From Emiliania huxleyi CCMP1516 (lineage: Eukaryota), in NCBI RefSeq assembly GCF_000372725.1, contig NW_005201392.1:785660-849659 (forward strand): a stretch of DNA of 64,000 nt, given 5' to 3'. Below, one piece after another: positions 34,430 through 45,500 of the stretch. The notes under the pieces were generated by a model. The model did not search any database and had not been told where the DNA came from. It saw only the letters and a program-made list of their open reading frames with translations. Made by a program: the position numbers and the translations under genes. Every line of letters begins with the position of its first letter. Positions within the stretch are counted from its first letter, which is position 1.

Positions 34430-34849
34430 GTGCTCAAGGGGAAGGCGTACACGCTGGCCGAGGACACGGTCGTCAACACCGACACCATCCCCGCGGGCTA
34501 TCTCGTGGTCAAGGCGCAGTGGCTCAGGCTCGAGCAACGCGAGTGCGAGGGCAAGCTTCGCTCCTACACGCTGCTCGAGGCCGAGACGCTCATCATCGTG
34601 AATCACATGGTGCGGCTGGCGGGCTTGCGCTTCTCGCCCGGCCCGGGCGGCCCTGCGGACCGCCAGCTGAGGAGCGCGCGCGAGAAGCTCTATTATATTG
34701 GCCTACAGACGCATTACTCGCTCGAGGCGTGCTGCAGTGAAGACCAGTCTTTTGTTTGGAGGCGTCGATTTGTGCAAAAATGTGTGTTAGAGAGCGCTAG
34801 ATGGCAAAATTTTCTTCGCCTCCGGCGGGGCCGCTCGCCGCGGGGCTAG
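34430..34849 (+). other. Protein-like fragment next to a GC palindromic, possibly subterminal motif; may be a transposon remnant
   Basis: Reads as real protein (YWLAVLKGKAY...GYLVVKAQWLRL) but has no clear start. It is followed by aaaattttcttcgcctccggcg, which recurs with one mismatch at about 59286-59307. Confidence 0.3.
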
Positions 34850-34920
34850 AGAGTGACTTTTGTCGATGTCGGCTAGAAGTGCTGCACGTTTTTCAGAATT
34901 TCACCCTCGCTCTCTAACTC

Positions 34921-36204
34921 TCAAATGCGACACTCGATTGGCCGGCCCTCGGCGCCCTCCAGCCCAGGCAGGAAGTGAAACACCCTCGCAAACTCGTACG
35001 GCCTGGGCGAGAACTGGGCGAGCACCTGTTCTAGGATCCTCGGCAGGAGACGCGACTCAAACGAGTCGGGAAGGGGGAGCCAGCCGACCGCAATGTCGAT
35101 GTCGCTCGTGACGGCGGGCCGCTGGAGGAAGCCAGCCTTCAGGATGGACGCGTCGGTGCAGAACCAGATCCGCATCTTCTCCGCGCGCACCATCACGCTC
35201 GGTCTGCCCGCCTCGGCGCCGTCCTCATCCTGCTGAAGCTCGACGGACGGCTTGAACCACGACTTGGAGCGGAGGGCCAGCGTGACGCCCTCCTCGAGTG
35301 CGAGCTTCGCCTCGATACACACGTCGGCGCAGACCAGGGTGTTCTTCTTGAGCGCCGCCAGGTCGAGCGCCGAGTACGCAGCTGGCCACTCCGCCGCGTC
35401 TCGCTCGAGGTCAGCGTAGTCCTGCAGGCGGAAGCACCGGTCGCACGTGACGCTCAGATCAAAGAGCTTTTGCTGCGCGTCTTCGATCGGCTTGCCATCG
35501 CGCTCGGCGCAGAGCTGATAGCCCGAGCTGCCCAGGGCGAGGCCGCCTCCTGCGCCCTTGAGCGCCTCCACCATCTGCGCTGAGAAGCTAGCCTCGAGCC
35601 GCGGGGCGAGCGTCTGCAACGCGATGTTGAGGAGATCGCTCGCCGCCAGCTGCTCGGCGGGGCCAGCATCGCCAAGGCCCGCAATCTCGCGAGACAGGGA
35701 GGTGGACAGGCGCTGCATTGCGCCGCTGGTCGAGTCGAGCTTCGAGACCAGCTCCTCCGAGTCGGCCCGCCTCCTCTCCGCCGCCCGGCCGTGTGGCCCG
35801 AGGCGCCGGTCAAGCCGCGCCTCCAGGCGGTCGCGCAGCGCCCGAAGCTCCCTGTTGTCGCCCCGCAGCCGCGCCAGCTCTGCACGCAGCCGCTCGGCCT
35901 CAGCCACCGCAGCGCTGGCTTCTGCCTCTGCCCTCTCGGCCTCTGCGTCGGCCTCTCTGACTGTGCCGTTGCGCCTCGCTCGCTCTATCCTCTTTACCAA
36001 AGTGCGGAATTCGGCGAGCGAGATGGACGGGCTGCCAGCCTCTGCGTCGGCAATGGCGTGCTTCATCCTAAAACGTGGCATGGACACCCGCGCAGCCTGC
36101 TTGAGCGCCTGCTCCGCCTCGGCGGCGGTGAGCAGGCCGTCGGAGTCGGCATCGTGCTCTTCAAAGGCGAGCGAGATCACGTCGGGGCGGCAGCCCCAGA
36201 GCAT
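34921..36204 (-). CDS. Protein with an EF-hand pair, a coiled coil and a possible SMP/TULIP-like C-terminal domain, intronless
   Basis: FEEHDADSDGLLTAAEAEQAL is a canonical EF-hand and SISLAEF a degenerate second one, followed by a heptad-rich segment. The C-terminal domain assignment is weak. Confidence 0.65.
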   Translation of the reverse strand: MLWGCRPDVISLAFEEHDADSDGLLTAAEAEQALKQAARVSMPRFRMKHAIADAEAGSPSISLAEFRTLVKRIERARRNGTVREADAEAERAEAEASAAVAEAERLRAELARLRGDNRELRALRDRLEARLDRRLGPHGRAAERRRADSEELVSKLDSTSGAMQRLSTSLSREIAGLGDAGPAEQLAASDLLNIALQTLAPRLEASFSAQMVEALKGAGGGLALGSSGYQLCAERDGKPIEDAQQKLFDLSVTCDRCFRLQDYADLERDAAEWPAAYSALDLAALKKNTLVCADVCIEAKLALEEGVTLALRSKSWFKPSVELQQDEDGAEAGRPSVMVRAEKMRIWFCTDASILKAGFLQRPAVTSDIDIAVGWLPLPDSFESRLLPRILEQVLAQFSPRPYEFARVFHFLPGLEGAEGRPIECRI

Positions 36205-36801
36205 GGGACGCTGGTCGTGAGCTCAGCACAGTGGCACCTCGCTGAACAGTTGCACCTCGCTGAAGTTTGGCACCTCGCGTGTGTGTCGAGCAAGGTGGTG
36301 AGACGTGGGCCAACCAAGGTGCCTCTGCCCCGCGCCGAATTGAAGAAAGAGCCCGACCAGTTGGTGGTCCACCGAGACCGCGCTGCGAGCCTGTCGTGTC
36401 CCTTGTCAGGAGCAGGAGAGCCCACTTGTGCCCCTGATCGTCCTTCCAAAATCCTGCTCATGCAGGTGGGGACCACCCTGTCCTCCTCCCCCATCCCTCG
36501 TTTTGGCTTGTCTTTTTATTTCTTTCCTTTACGCGCTGGTGCCCCTATCGTTGGTCTGGCTGTGTTTCACGTCGTCCTCGTTCCTCCCTGTGCGCCCGTC
36601 CGACCATGCCGACTACGGCCTGTGGCACGCTGCCCGCCTCGGCCACTTTGGCAGGAACAAGATCATCGGGCCACTGCGCTACAGGGGTTACGTTTTCCGC
36701 CCCGGCAGCGACCGCTGTGAGTGCGCTGCATGTCGCCTCAATCGTCGCCGCAAAGGCCACCCGAGTCAGCCGACCAACCGCCGAGTCTACACCCACTTCG
36801 G

Positions 36802-37234
36802 CGAGGAGCGCTTGCGCAGGTACGGCGACGGGAGCGGCGCCGACCGGGACCGACACTCGTCCGATTGGCAGAGCGGCCGGCACGGAGAGCGAGAGCGAGA
36901 CTCGGACCGTGCGCACGAGCAGCGCCGGTCGCCTCCGCCGGCAAGAGAGCGCCGGCTGGGACGTGATCGGCAAGAGAGCGAGTACCTTGGAGATCGCCGC
37001 GGCGGCCGGTACGACCGCGACCGCTAGCGCGCTAGCCTGAGCCTCATCCCAGGGAGGAAAGCGCGGGCGCGGGGCAACCATGAACGCACTTACGCAGGCA
37101 GCATGCCTGTTCGCCCTGACGTGCGTCGCGGAGAGTTTTGGTGAACGAGGGGTCGACCGAGGGGGGGGGGTGTTCGACTAGCACAGACACTACGATTGAA
37201 AGCCGCGCGAATTCAGATTGTGACACAATACACA
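36802..37234 (+). repeat. Inverted near-identical copy of the 3' coding end and 3' UTR of the SR-like gene (about 22313-22750)
   Basis: Encodes the identical peptide EERLRRYGDG...RGGRYDRDR*; the UTR matches with a few substitutions. Confidence 0.92.
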
Positions 37235-37325
37235 GTTGGACGAGCATTTTTTCTAACCACGTGGACCTATTCTGCGGCCCGATAGCTATCTGGGCTGAGG
37301 GACCAACTTGAGAATCGTGCTTTGA

Positions 37326-38403
37326 GTTGGGTTGTTTCGTGTTGGGTTGGGTTGTGCTTGGGTTGGGTTGTTCCGCGTGAGGTTGGGTCGTCGGCGCGAA
37401 GGGTGAGTCTCGACCGCCGCCGCTCACGCCAGCGGACGGCCACTGCCGGTGTTTTTGGCTTCGCCACCGTCCAAGGCGTGCGCCATGCGCTCGCCGGCAT
37501 CGAGCGAGCAACGTGATCGACCGAGCGGCTTGCTGTGTGGCCGCCTTCTTGTGGCTCTCGTCGAGAGCGTTTTGCGTCCCGGCGGGTGGGAGAATGTGTG
37601 TCGTCTGAAGTGTCACTGTGTGCGTCACATCGATGTGGATAACAAGCACGGTCGATCCGTCAAAGCGATACACTCGTTCCTATCACGCTGGAAGGCTTGC
37701 ACGGAGCTCTGTGCCGGCACACAGAAGAGCCGTGCGGCAAGAAGAGCTCGATGGGGAGCGAGAACCGTCAGATTTTCAGGTGTAGCCTGAAGTCCGTCGC
37801 GACGCACTCAATCCCTCCCGAGCGAAAGCCTGTGGCTCTCTCGAACTCGTCGATATATTGCGAATAAACTGCTCTTCCCGCATAGCTTGCAGAGTCAGAG
37901 GCGCAGAAAGGCTACGAGTGGGGGGGACTGACCGCATCAAGGCGGACTTCCGACACCTCCGTGAGCACCTCTGGCAGTTCTCGCTCCCCATCGAGCTCTT
38001 CTTGCCGCACGGCTCTTCTGTGTGCCGGCACAGAGCTCCGTGCAAGCCTTCCAGCGTGATAGGAACGAGTGTATCGCTTTGACGGATCGACCGTGCTTGT
38101 TATCCACATCGATGTGACGCACACAGTGACACATCAACGACACACATTCTCCCACCCGCCGGGACGCAAAACGCTCTCGACGAGAGCCACAAGAAGGCGA
38201 CCACACAGCAAGCCGCTCTTTCGATCACGTTGCTCGCTCGATGCCGGCGAGCGCATGGCGCACGCCTTGGACGGTGGCGAAGCCAAAAACACCGGCAGTG
38301 GCCGTCCGCTGGCGTGAGCGGCGGCGGTCGAGACCTCACCCTTCGCGCCGACGACCCAACCTCACGCGGACAACCCAACCCAACCCAACAACCCAACCCA
38401 ACC
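37326..38403. repeat. Long inverted repeat: arms about 430 bp, spacer about 210 bp, TTGGG/CCCAA tracts at the outer ends
   Basis: Inner ends are gagctcgatggggagcgagaac (about 37744-37765) and gttctcgctccccatcgagctc (37977-37998). ORF-track peptides are mirrored on opposite strands. Confidence 0.92.
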
Positions 38404-39119
38404 CTTCCCCGGTCCTCACTGGCTTGCCGGGGTCATGGGCCCCCCCCCCTCTAGCGCCGCCGGAGGCGGCGTAGCTTCCGAGAAGCTCGGTCAGACACAC
38501 GGGGGAGAGACGGACACCACATCATTACGAATGACGCAAAAATACGTCACGGAGAGCGAGTAGAATGGCTAATTTCGCCGAGAGCGCGCCGCGGGCGCAC
38601 CTGGTATACGGCCCCGGAATGAGTCACTGATTAAAGTTGGGCGCCTTTGGTCGAGGCTTCCCCGGTCCTCACTGGCTTGCCGGGGTCATGGGCCCCCCCC
38701 CCTCTAGCGCCGCCGGAGGCGGCGTAGCTTCCGAGAAGCTCGGTCAGACACACGGGGGAGAGACGGACACCACATCATTACGAATGACGCAAAAATACGT
38801 CACGGAGAGCGAGTAGAATGGCTAATTTCGCCGAGAGCGCGCCGCGGGCGCACCTGGTATACGGCCCCGGAATGAGTCACTGATTAAAGTTGGGCGCCTT
38901 TGGTCGAGGCTTCCCCGGTCCTCACTGGCTTGCCGGGGTCATGGGCCCCCCCCCCTCTAGCGCCGCCGGAGGCGGCGTAGCTTCCGAGAAGCTCGGTCAG
39001 ACACACGGGGGAGAGACGGACACCACATCATTACGAATGACGCAAAAATACGTCACGGAGAGCGAGTAGAATGGCTAATTTCGCCGAGAGCGCGCCGCGG
39101 GCGCACCTGGTATACGGCC
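38404..39119. repeat. 253-bp tandem repeat, about 2.8 near-identical copies
   Basis: Units start at 38404, 38657 and 38910 with cttccccggtcctcactggcttgccgggg. Confidence 0.95.
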
Positions 39120-39614
39120 TAAGTCCGGCCGGAGCGCGGCCTGGACTTGGGCCTCCTCCCAGGTGCGCCCGCAGCAACTCTTTAGTCTTTTTTGTGTATT
39201 TGCCGCACCGGACATGTCTCGAACCTCGTTGCCCTGAAACTGCGCATACCACGTCACGAGGAGACCATGCACGGTGCAGTCGCCGTTTGAAAACATTTAG
39301 CCTTTCAAAACAGCAAGGGGGCAGGGTTGCACTCGATTCCACGCACTGACTCCCACCTCCGCCCGCCCCATGACTCTCGAGGGCCCTATGGCCGTGCGCA
39401 CCGCCGAGGCGCGTGCAGTCAGTGGGCTGCTGAGCACGGCATCCGCCCTCGAAGGTGCATGGCATTTGGCAGCGCGGCTTCCAGGAGTGAGGGAGAGTGG
39501 AGCAACAGAATTCACGGCCGGCTCGCTACTACCCTCAAGGAGGGAGATCGCGGCGGGTCCATGTCCAACTGTGCTGGAGGTGTTGTTGATTGAGTAGTAC
39601 AAGAGGTAGTAGTC

Positions 39615-39689
39615 GAGAAAAGTAGTTCGAGAAAAGTAGTTCGAGAAAAGTAGTTCGAGAAAAGTAGTTCGAGAAAAGTAGTTCGAGAA
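39615..39689. repeat. 14-bp minisatellite (gagaaaagtagttc)n, about 5 copies
   Basis: Directly visible tandem array. Confidence 0.95.
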
Positions 39690-39896
39690 GTAGGTCAAGA
39701 AAAAGAAATGTCGAGCAGCAGCATCTGCCGGGGGAGATTGCGGTGTCGTGAGCAAGCATCTGGAGGTAGGGCCGGGCTTATCTCGATGGCTGGAAAGGGC
39801 AACGGGCACGAAGGGTGTGTGTCTAAAGGGGTGCAAGCTAGAGAGGAAGGCGACAGTGTACCGTCAAGCTGTAGGCAAGGTCGAGGCCTCGACGGC

Positions 39897-42097
39897 TCAG
39901 GCTTCGGCGCCGTCAGGCTCCCGCTCCGCCGCCGGGAGGGTGATGGTTGCTTTGCCGGCAGGCCACTGGGCCAGCACCTCACGGCGGACCTGATCAGCTG
40001 TCCGCTGCGCTCTCCCGCCAGTAGGGCGCACCGGATGCGTGAACGCATCACTGCGCGCGAGACGGTCGAGAATGCGCAAAGGGATGGGCTTCACGCCGAT
40101 GCCGCCGAGGACCTCGTCACGGCTCACGCAAACCTCGCACTCCCTCGCCTTCTTGTTGTAGGTTGTGCTCCAGCTTGCCTTCCGCTTCGATGAGCCGACC
40201 TGCAGCTGCGAGGGCCCAGGCAGGCTGAAGGAAGAGATGGAGGCGAGGGTGGCGGCAAGGGCGGCGGAGGGCACTGGCGGCTGTGGCCCGAACGGCATGG
40301 CAGACGGCATGGCGGAGGTGGCCGGCATGTTAGGAGCGGGAGGTGGGAGCGGCGGGAGAAGCGACGGGAGCGGCAGGAGCAGCGACGGGAGCAGCGGCGA
40401 GCCGGTGGCGGCATTGAGGGTGGCGTCCGGTGGCGACATGGGCGGCGGCGGCATGGGCGGCGGTGGCATGGGCGGCGGCAAGAGCGTCACAGAAGACACG
40501 AGCGGCAAGCCATCTGCCGGTGTGCACAGCGGCATAGCTGCTGCCATCGGCAGCCCACTGCCCGGCGTCAGAGGCACAGAGGCGACGGTGGCGGGAGCGG
40601 CGGCGGTGGACGGCGCCCCGCCGGCTAGCATCCTCACCGCCACCTCCTGGTCGAGGCCACCCGCCTGCGGAGCAATCGCGGGCAGTGGCACGGGCAGCCG
40701 TGCTGCCGCCACCTGCGACGAGCTGCCAGCCCCTGCCACCTGCGACGAGCTACCGGCCCGGCGCTGCCCATCCAGCGCGGCCCGTTGCGCAAACCGCGCA
40801 GACTCCGCCGCAACTTGCTGGAGAGCAGCAGCACTCGTCCTGTTCGGCCGCAGGCGGTGCAGGTCCGGAGGCGTCGACGACCGGCCCGAGAAAATCTGCT
40901 CGACCTTCTGCAGGTAGAGCAGCTGGGCCGTGTCGTACACGTCCCTCTCACTGGTCGGGTGGCGCTGCCTCGCCTCGGTCATCGACTCGGCCATGAGCTG
41001 GAGCTCGAGCTCGAGCCGCGGCACGATCGGTCTGCTGTTGGCGATCGTGGGCCGCGGAGACTTGTGCGCCGCGTTCCAGCGTCCAACTGGTGCTGATGCG
41101 GCGGCGGCGCCTAGCACAACAGCCGACCCACCTCCTCCCCCCCGCCCCGCCGCCGCCGCCGAGCGCCGTGGCGACGTGGCCAGCGCCGCCAAGTCCTCCT
41201 CATCGCCGCTCAGCGGCGCGTCACCAGCAAACGAGAGCGCGCCAAACTGCGGCGGGATCACCTCCACCATGTCGGCCGGGAGCAGAGGTAGAGAAGAATC
41301 ACCTCCCGGCCCGATCACCACTGCAGTAGCCATGGGCTCCGCCTCCGCCGCCTCCCCCTCCTCCTCCTCCGCCGCCGCCGCCTCTGCCGCCTGCCCCTCC
41401 GTCTCCGCCTCTGCCTCCGCCTCGCCCGCCTGCACCGCCTCGCCCGCCTGCGCCGCCTCCACCTCCGCCTCGCCCGCCTGAATCGCTTGCGCCGCCACCT
41501 GCGCCGCCTGTGCCACCACCAGCTGCGAGCTCCTGACCTTCTCCAGATGGCGCAGGTAGTCAAAGCCGAGAGCCTCCCACTCGGCATCACCCTCGCGCGC
41601 TCGTGGCTGATGAAGGAGACGGGTGGCGCGCCGCCCGCCTTTGCCGCCTCTGCCGCCTTGAGAGCCCTGTCCATCATGTCGTTGTCGAGGGCGTCGAGGT
41701 CGTCGCTGGTGCCGGTGGGTGCCGCAGCCGCGGCGCCTAACGCTGCCGACCGCGCCGCCGCCTCCGCCGCCCGCTCCGCCTCCGCCTGCTGCCGCCAGGC
41801 GTTGATCGGCTCGTCGTCGCACGCGACGCACATGTGCTGCCACTGCTGGCGCGGCGTCCGGCACTGGGCGTCGACGTAGGGCTGGGCCAAAGTTCCCACG
41901 TCGTGCCGAGTGCAGCCGCTGGCACCGCCCCTCTCCACGCATGCAGCGCCGATGCAATTGAAAGGGTAGTGTACGCGTCGCCTGTCGCCGCACCGCACGC
42001 CGCTCCATGCAGGTGGACAGGTGCTTGGCCGCGCCGGTGCCGGCGCCGGTGCTGGCTGTGCGCCCGCGGAGCCCACGGCCCCGCAGGTCGCGTCCAT
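39897..42097 (-). pseudogene. Large intronless reading frame split across two frames (Cys-rich N-part, acidic/Pro-rich C-part); possible transposon-derived remnant
   Basis: ORF 41315-42097 has a Cys/His cluster. ORF 39897-42008 becomes protein-like only after about 41590 (EWEALGFDYLRHLEKV), implying a frameshift. No family recognised. Confidence 0.3.
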
Positions 42098-42502
42098 CGC
42101 CTACCCCGCCCCCGCCTCCACGGCAGGGGCGGGGCAGCTGCCCCGCTCCCCCCGAGGGGTGGACTGCGAGGCTCAGCTCGGGGACTGCGATGCTTGAATA
42201 GGAAACTTGTACATATAGAGGCTGCCGGACTGCGAGGTTTGCGACGCCCCCGGGGCACCAGTTTTCACCTTCCCCAAAGCACGATTCTCAAGTTGGGCCC
42301 TCGGGCTGCATCATTACATGTTCATATCTGGACTGCAACGGCGCGCAGCGCCGAAAAAAATTTGGCTTGTGCCCGGTGTGGACGCCGTTGTTTCCCCGGT
42401 CGGGGGGGGGGGGGGGGGCGCCCCTGCGTTTCGCTGCGGTCGGGCGAAAATCTAGTACTGCCCAAAAAGAAAACACACGGGCCGGCGCTTCCGACGGCAG
42501 CG

Positions 42503-45500
42503 ATGGTGGCACCCTTCCGCCGGTTCGCCCGCTCCTACCACTTCGCCAGCCCGGCGTACCACGCGGCCTTCTCGCCGCGGGTCGCTGTCGACACGGCTCC
42601 CATTCGCGCCGCAGCGCTGGCCGCCCACGGCCGCCTCGTCGCCGAGACTTCGCCGAGCGGCGGCCCCGCCTCGTGGCACGCCTCGCCGATGGTGTCGCTG
42701 CTCGGCGGGAAGCGCCTTGAAGGTGGCGAGCGCGTCCTGACGGTCGACGCCTTCGGCGCCACCAACGGCGCGCAGCTGCTCGCCTCGACGGACGAGATGG
42801 AGGCGCGGCGATTGCCCTCTCCCTCCCGCCTCCGCCATCCTCTCCGCTGACTGACACGGTCCCCGTGCGGTTTCTCCCGAAGGCCCTCCTGAGGCAGATC
42901 GAGGGCCCCGCGGCGCCGCGCGCCGACCTCCGGCCCGCCATTCGCCGCCTCGAAGCCCGGCTGCTCGAGCAGGTCCGCCTTCCGAGAGCCTCTGCACCGC
43001 CGCTTCGCCTCCTCCCGGCCGCCCTCTCGCCGCGTCCGCTGCCACCGCCGCCACCAGCACGGCAACGCGTGTGTGCCCAATCCGCTCACTCCTGCCCCTC
43101 CGCCGCCAGCGCGCCGGCGAGATGATTGCGGCGCAGCTGGTCGACTTTGGGAAGCAGGACGGCGTGACCGAGTTTGAGGAGGCAACGAAGAAGCGCCCAG
43201 CAATACACACACAAGCACACACGCGCGGCACGCTCAAGCACACACACACACCGCCCCGCCCCGCACCCTCCCGGCCGTGCGCGTGGATAGCGCGGCGCTT
43301 CGTGCATCTCCCTTCCTCTCCCTCTCTCTCTCTCTCTCCCTCTCCCCCCCGCTCCCTCTCTCATTGCCGCTTCCTTTACCGCTGCCTCCCTCACCGCCGC
43401 CTCCCTCATCGCAGCCTCCCTCAACGCCGACTCCCTCAACGCAGCCTCCCTCTCCGCCGCCTCCCTGTCCGGTATCTCCCTCGCCGTCAGGCGGTCGTCT
43501 CGTTCGACCCGTCGCAGCAGCAGCTCAAGGCTGAGTGGGCCAAGCTCGTCGGCGGGGTGGCGGGGCTCGAGCAGCTCGAGCAGTTCGAGCAGACCGAGGA
43601 GGAGTTCGCCGCCGAGCGGGTGCAGGCCTCTCTCCACCGCACTGTCCGGGTCGAGGCGCCGTACACGGGACGCGGCGAGCTCCTCGGCGCGGGCGCCGCC
43701 GGCGGCGGGCCGCGCTTCCCGCTCGCGCAGCAGTTTTGCACCAAGCTGGTCACGCTCGGCCACATCAAGTCGTCGCGCCCCGACGATGCCGCCTTTGTCG
43801 ACTACTTTGGCGCCTCGCCAAAGTGGCTCCGGGCGGGCGTCTTCGACTGAGGGGGGTGGCGACCCCGCGGCCCAAACCGCCGCCTCAGCCCCGCCGGGGA
43901 GGCAGTCAGTCAAAGCCAAATCAGTGGGGGAGGAGCGGGCACGGCGCAAAACGGGTCGGGGATTCGGCGCGCGCCAGATTTTGCGGGGGCGAAAGGGCGA
44001 ATCCCTGCCCTCCCCTTTTCCACCTCCGTCAGGGTTGTGCTCCCGTGGGGGGTCACGCCTAGACGCTTCGGCCCTCTATATACAACTATTTTATCNNNNN
44101 NNNNNNNNNNNNNNNNNNNNNNNNNNNNNNNNNNNNNNNNNNNNNNNNNNNNNNNNNNNNNNNNNNNNNNNNNNNNNNNNNNNNNNNNNNNNNNNNNNNN
44201 NNNNNNNNNNNNNNNNNNNNNNNNNNNNNNNNNNNNNNNNNNNNNNNNNNNNNNNNNNNNNNNNNNNNNNNNNNNNNNNNNNNNNNNNNNNATCGCGTCG
44301 ACGCAGGCGCCGCGGAGAAGCGAGCGCTGGCGTGGCACGCACGGAGTGTCCTCACCCCTCGACGAGCCCTCACCCCTCACCCCTCGACACGCCCTCCCGG
44401 AGGAAGGAGGGCGGAGCTGAGGAGCTTCTCCTCCCGCCGCCCCGCTGCTGGCCGCTCCTGGCCGCTCTCACACAAACCCCTCCCTCTCCCTCCCTTCCCC
44501 TCGCCGCCAGGGGCCCAACCTGATGGTCGCGCTTAACTAACTAACTAACTAACTAACTAATTGGATTAGGGGCCCAACCTGATGGTCGCTCTCGGACTGC
44601 CTCCTTCGGTGGCGAAGGCGGCGGCCGTCTCAGCGGGGAGATGCCCCGAGATCGCCCGAGATGCCCCGCGATGACCCGAGAGCGGGGGTGAGCAGGCTGC
44701 GGCCCTGTCTGCCACCATCGAGAACTCGGGCCAGTGCACGGCGCTGCGGGTGCTGCTCGCTCCGCAGGCCGAGGCGACGGACGCCGCCGTCGGAGCGATG
44801 CTCGCCGTCGACGCGGCGGCCACCGGAGCCGATGCCGCCTCCTACCTCTCGGCAGGCCAGTTCGCCGGGCTAATCAACTACTAATCAACTACTAATCAAC
44901 TGCTAATTAAGTGCTCACTACCTCTCGGCAGGCCAGTTCGCCGGGCTGCTCGCGCCGGCGCCGGTGGCGGAGGACGGCCGGCCGCCGCGCACGCCGAGCG
45001 GTTACACGGCGGTCACCCGACGCCGGAGGGGGGCTCCTAGGAGGAGCGCTGAAGCTGCGATGCACCTTCCTACAGGCGCACGCGGCGTCGGAGGGTGTCT
45101 CGTACCGTGTCTCGGTCGCATCGCCCCTCATCGCCCCTCATCGCCCCTCTCATCGCCCCTCTCATCGCCCCCATCTCCTGCCCTCTCCCCTCCTCTCCCC
45201 TCATACATGCGCACTCAACACAACAACTTGCACATTTGCATGCAACCACCTTGCACTTCCACGTTCGGCCGCGTGACCTAAACCCGGGGCTTCACGTCCA
45301 CCACCTGATAGGACATGCCGCACGCGGCCACCGTCTCGGTACGGCCGGTTGGCTGCAGATAGGTCAGCGGCGGGAACAGGTACTCCGCCTCGTTTGGAAA
45401 CGCGGACAAGAAGGATACGTTCGGGCCTCGGTCGTAGAAGGAGTCGGTGATCAGCCGCAGCAGCACGTGGTCGGAGGTCATCGTGCGGCTCGCTGAGTAG

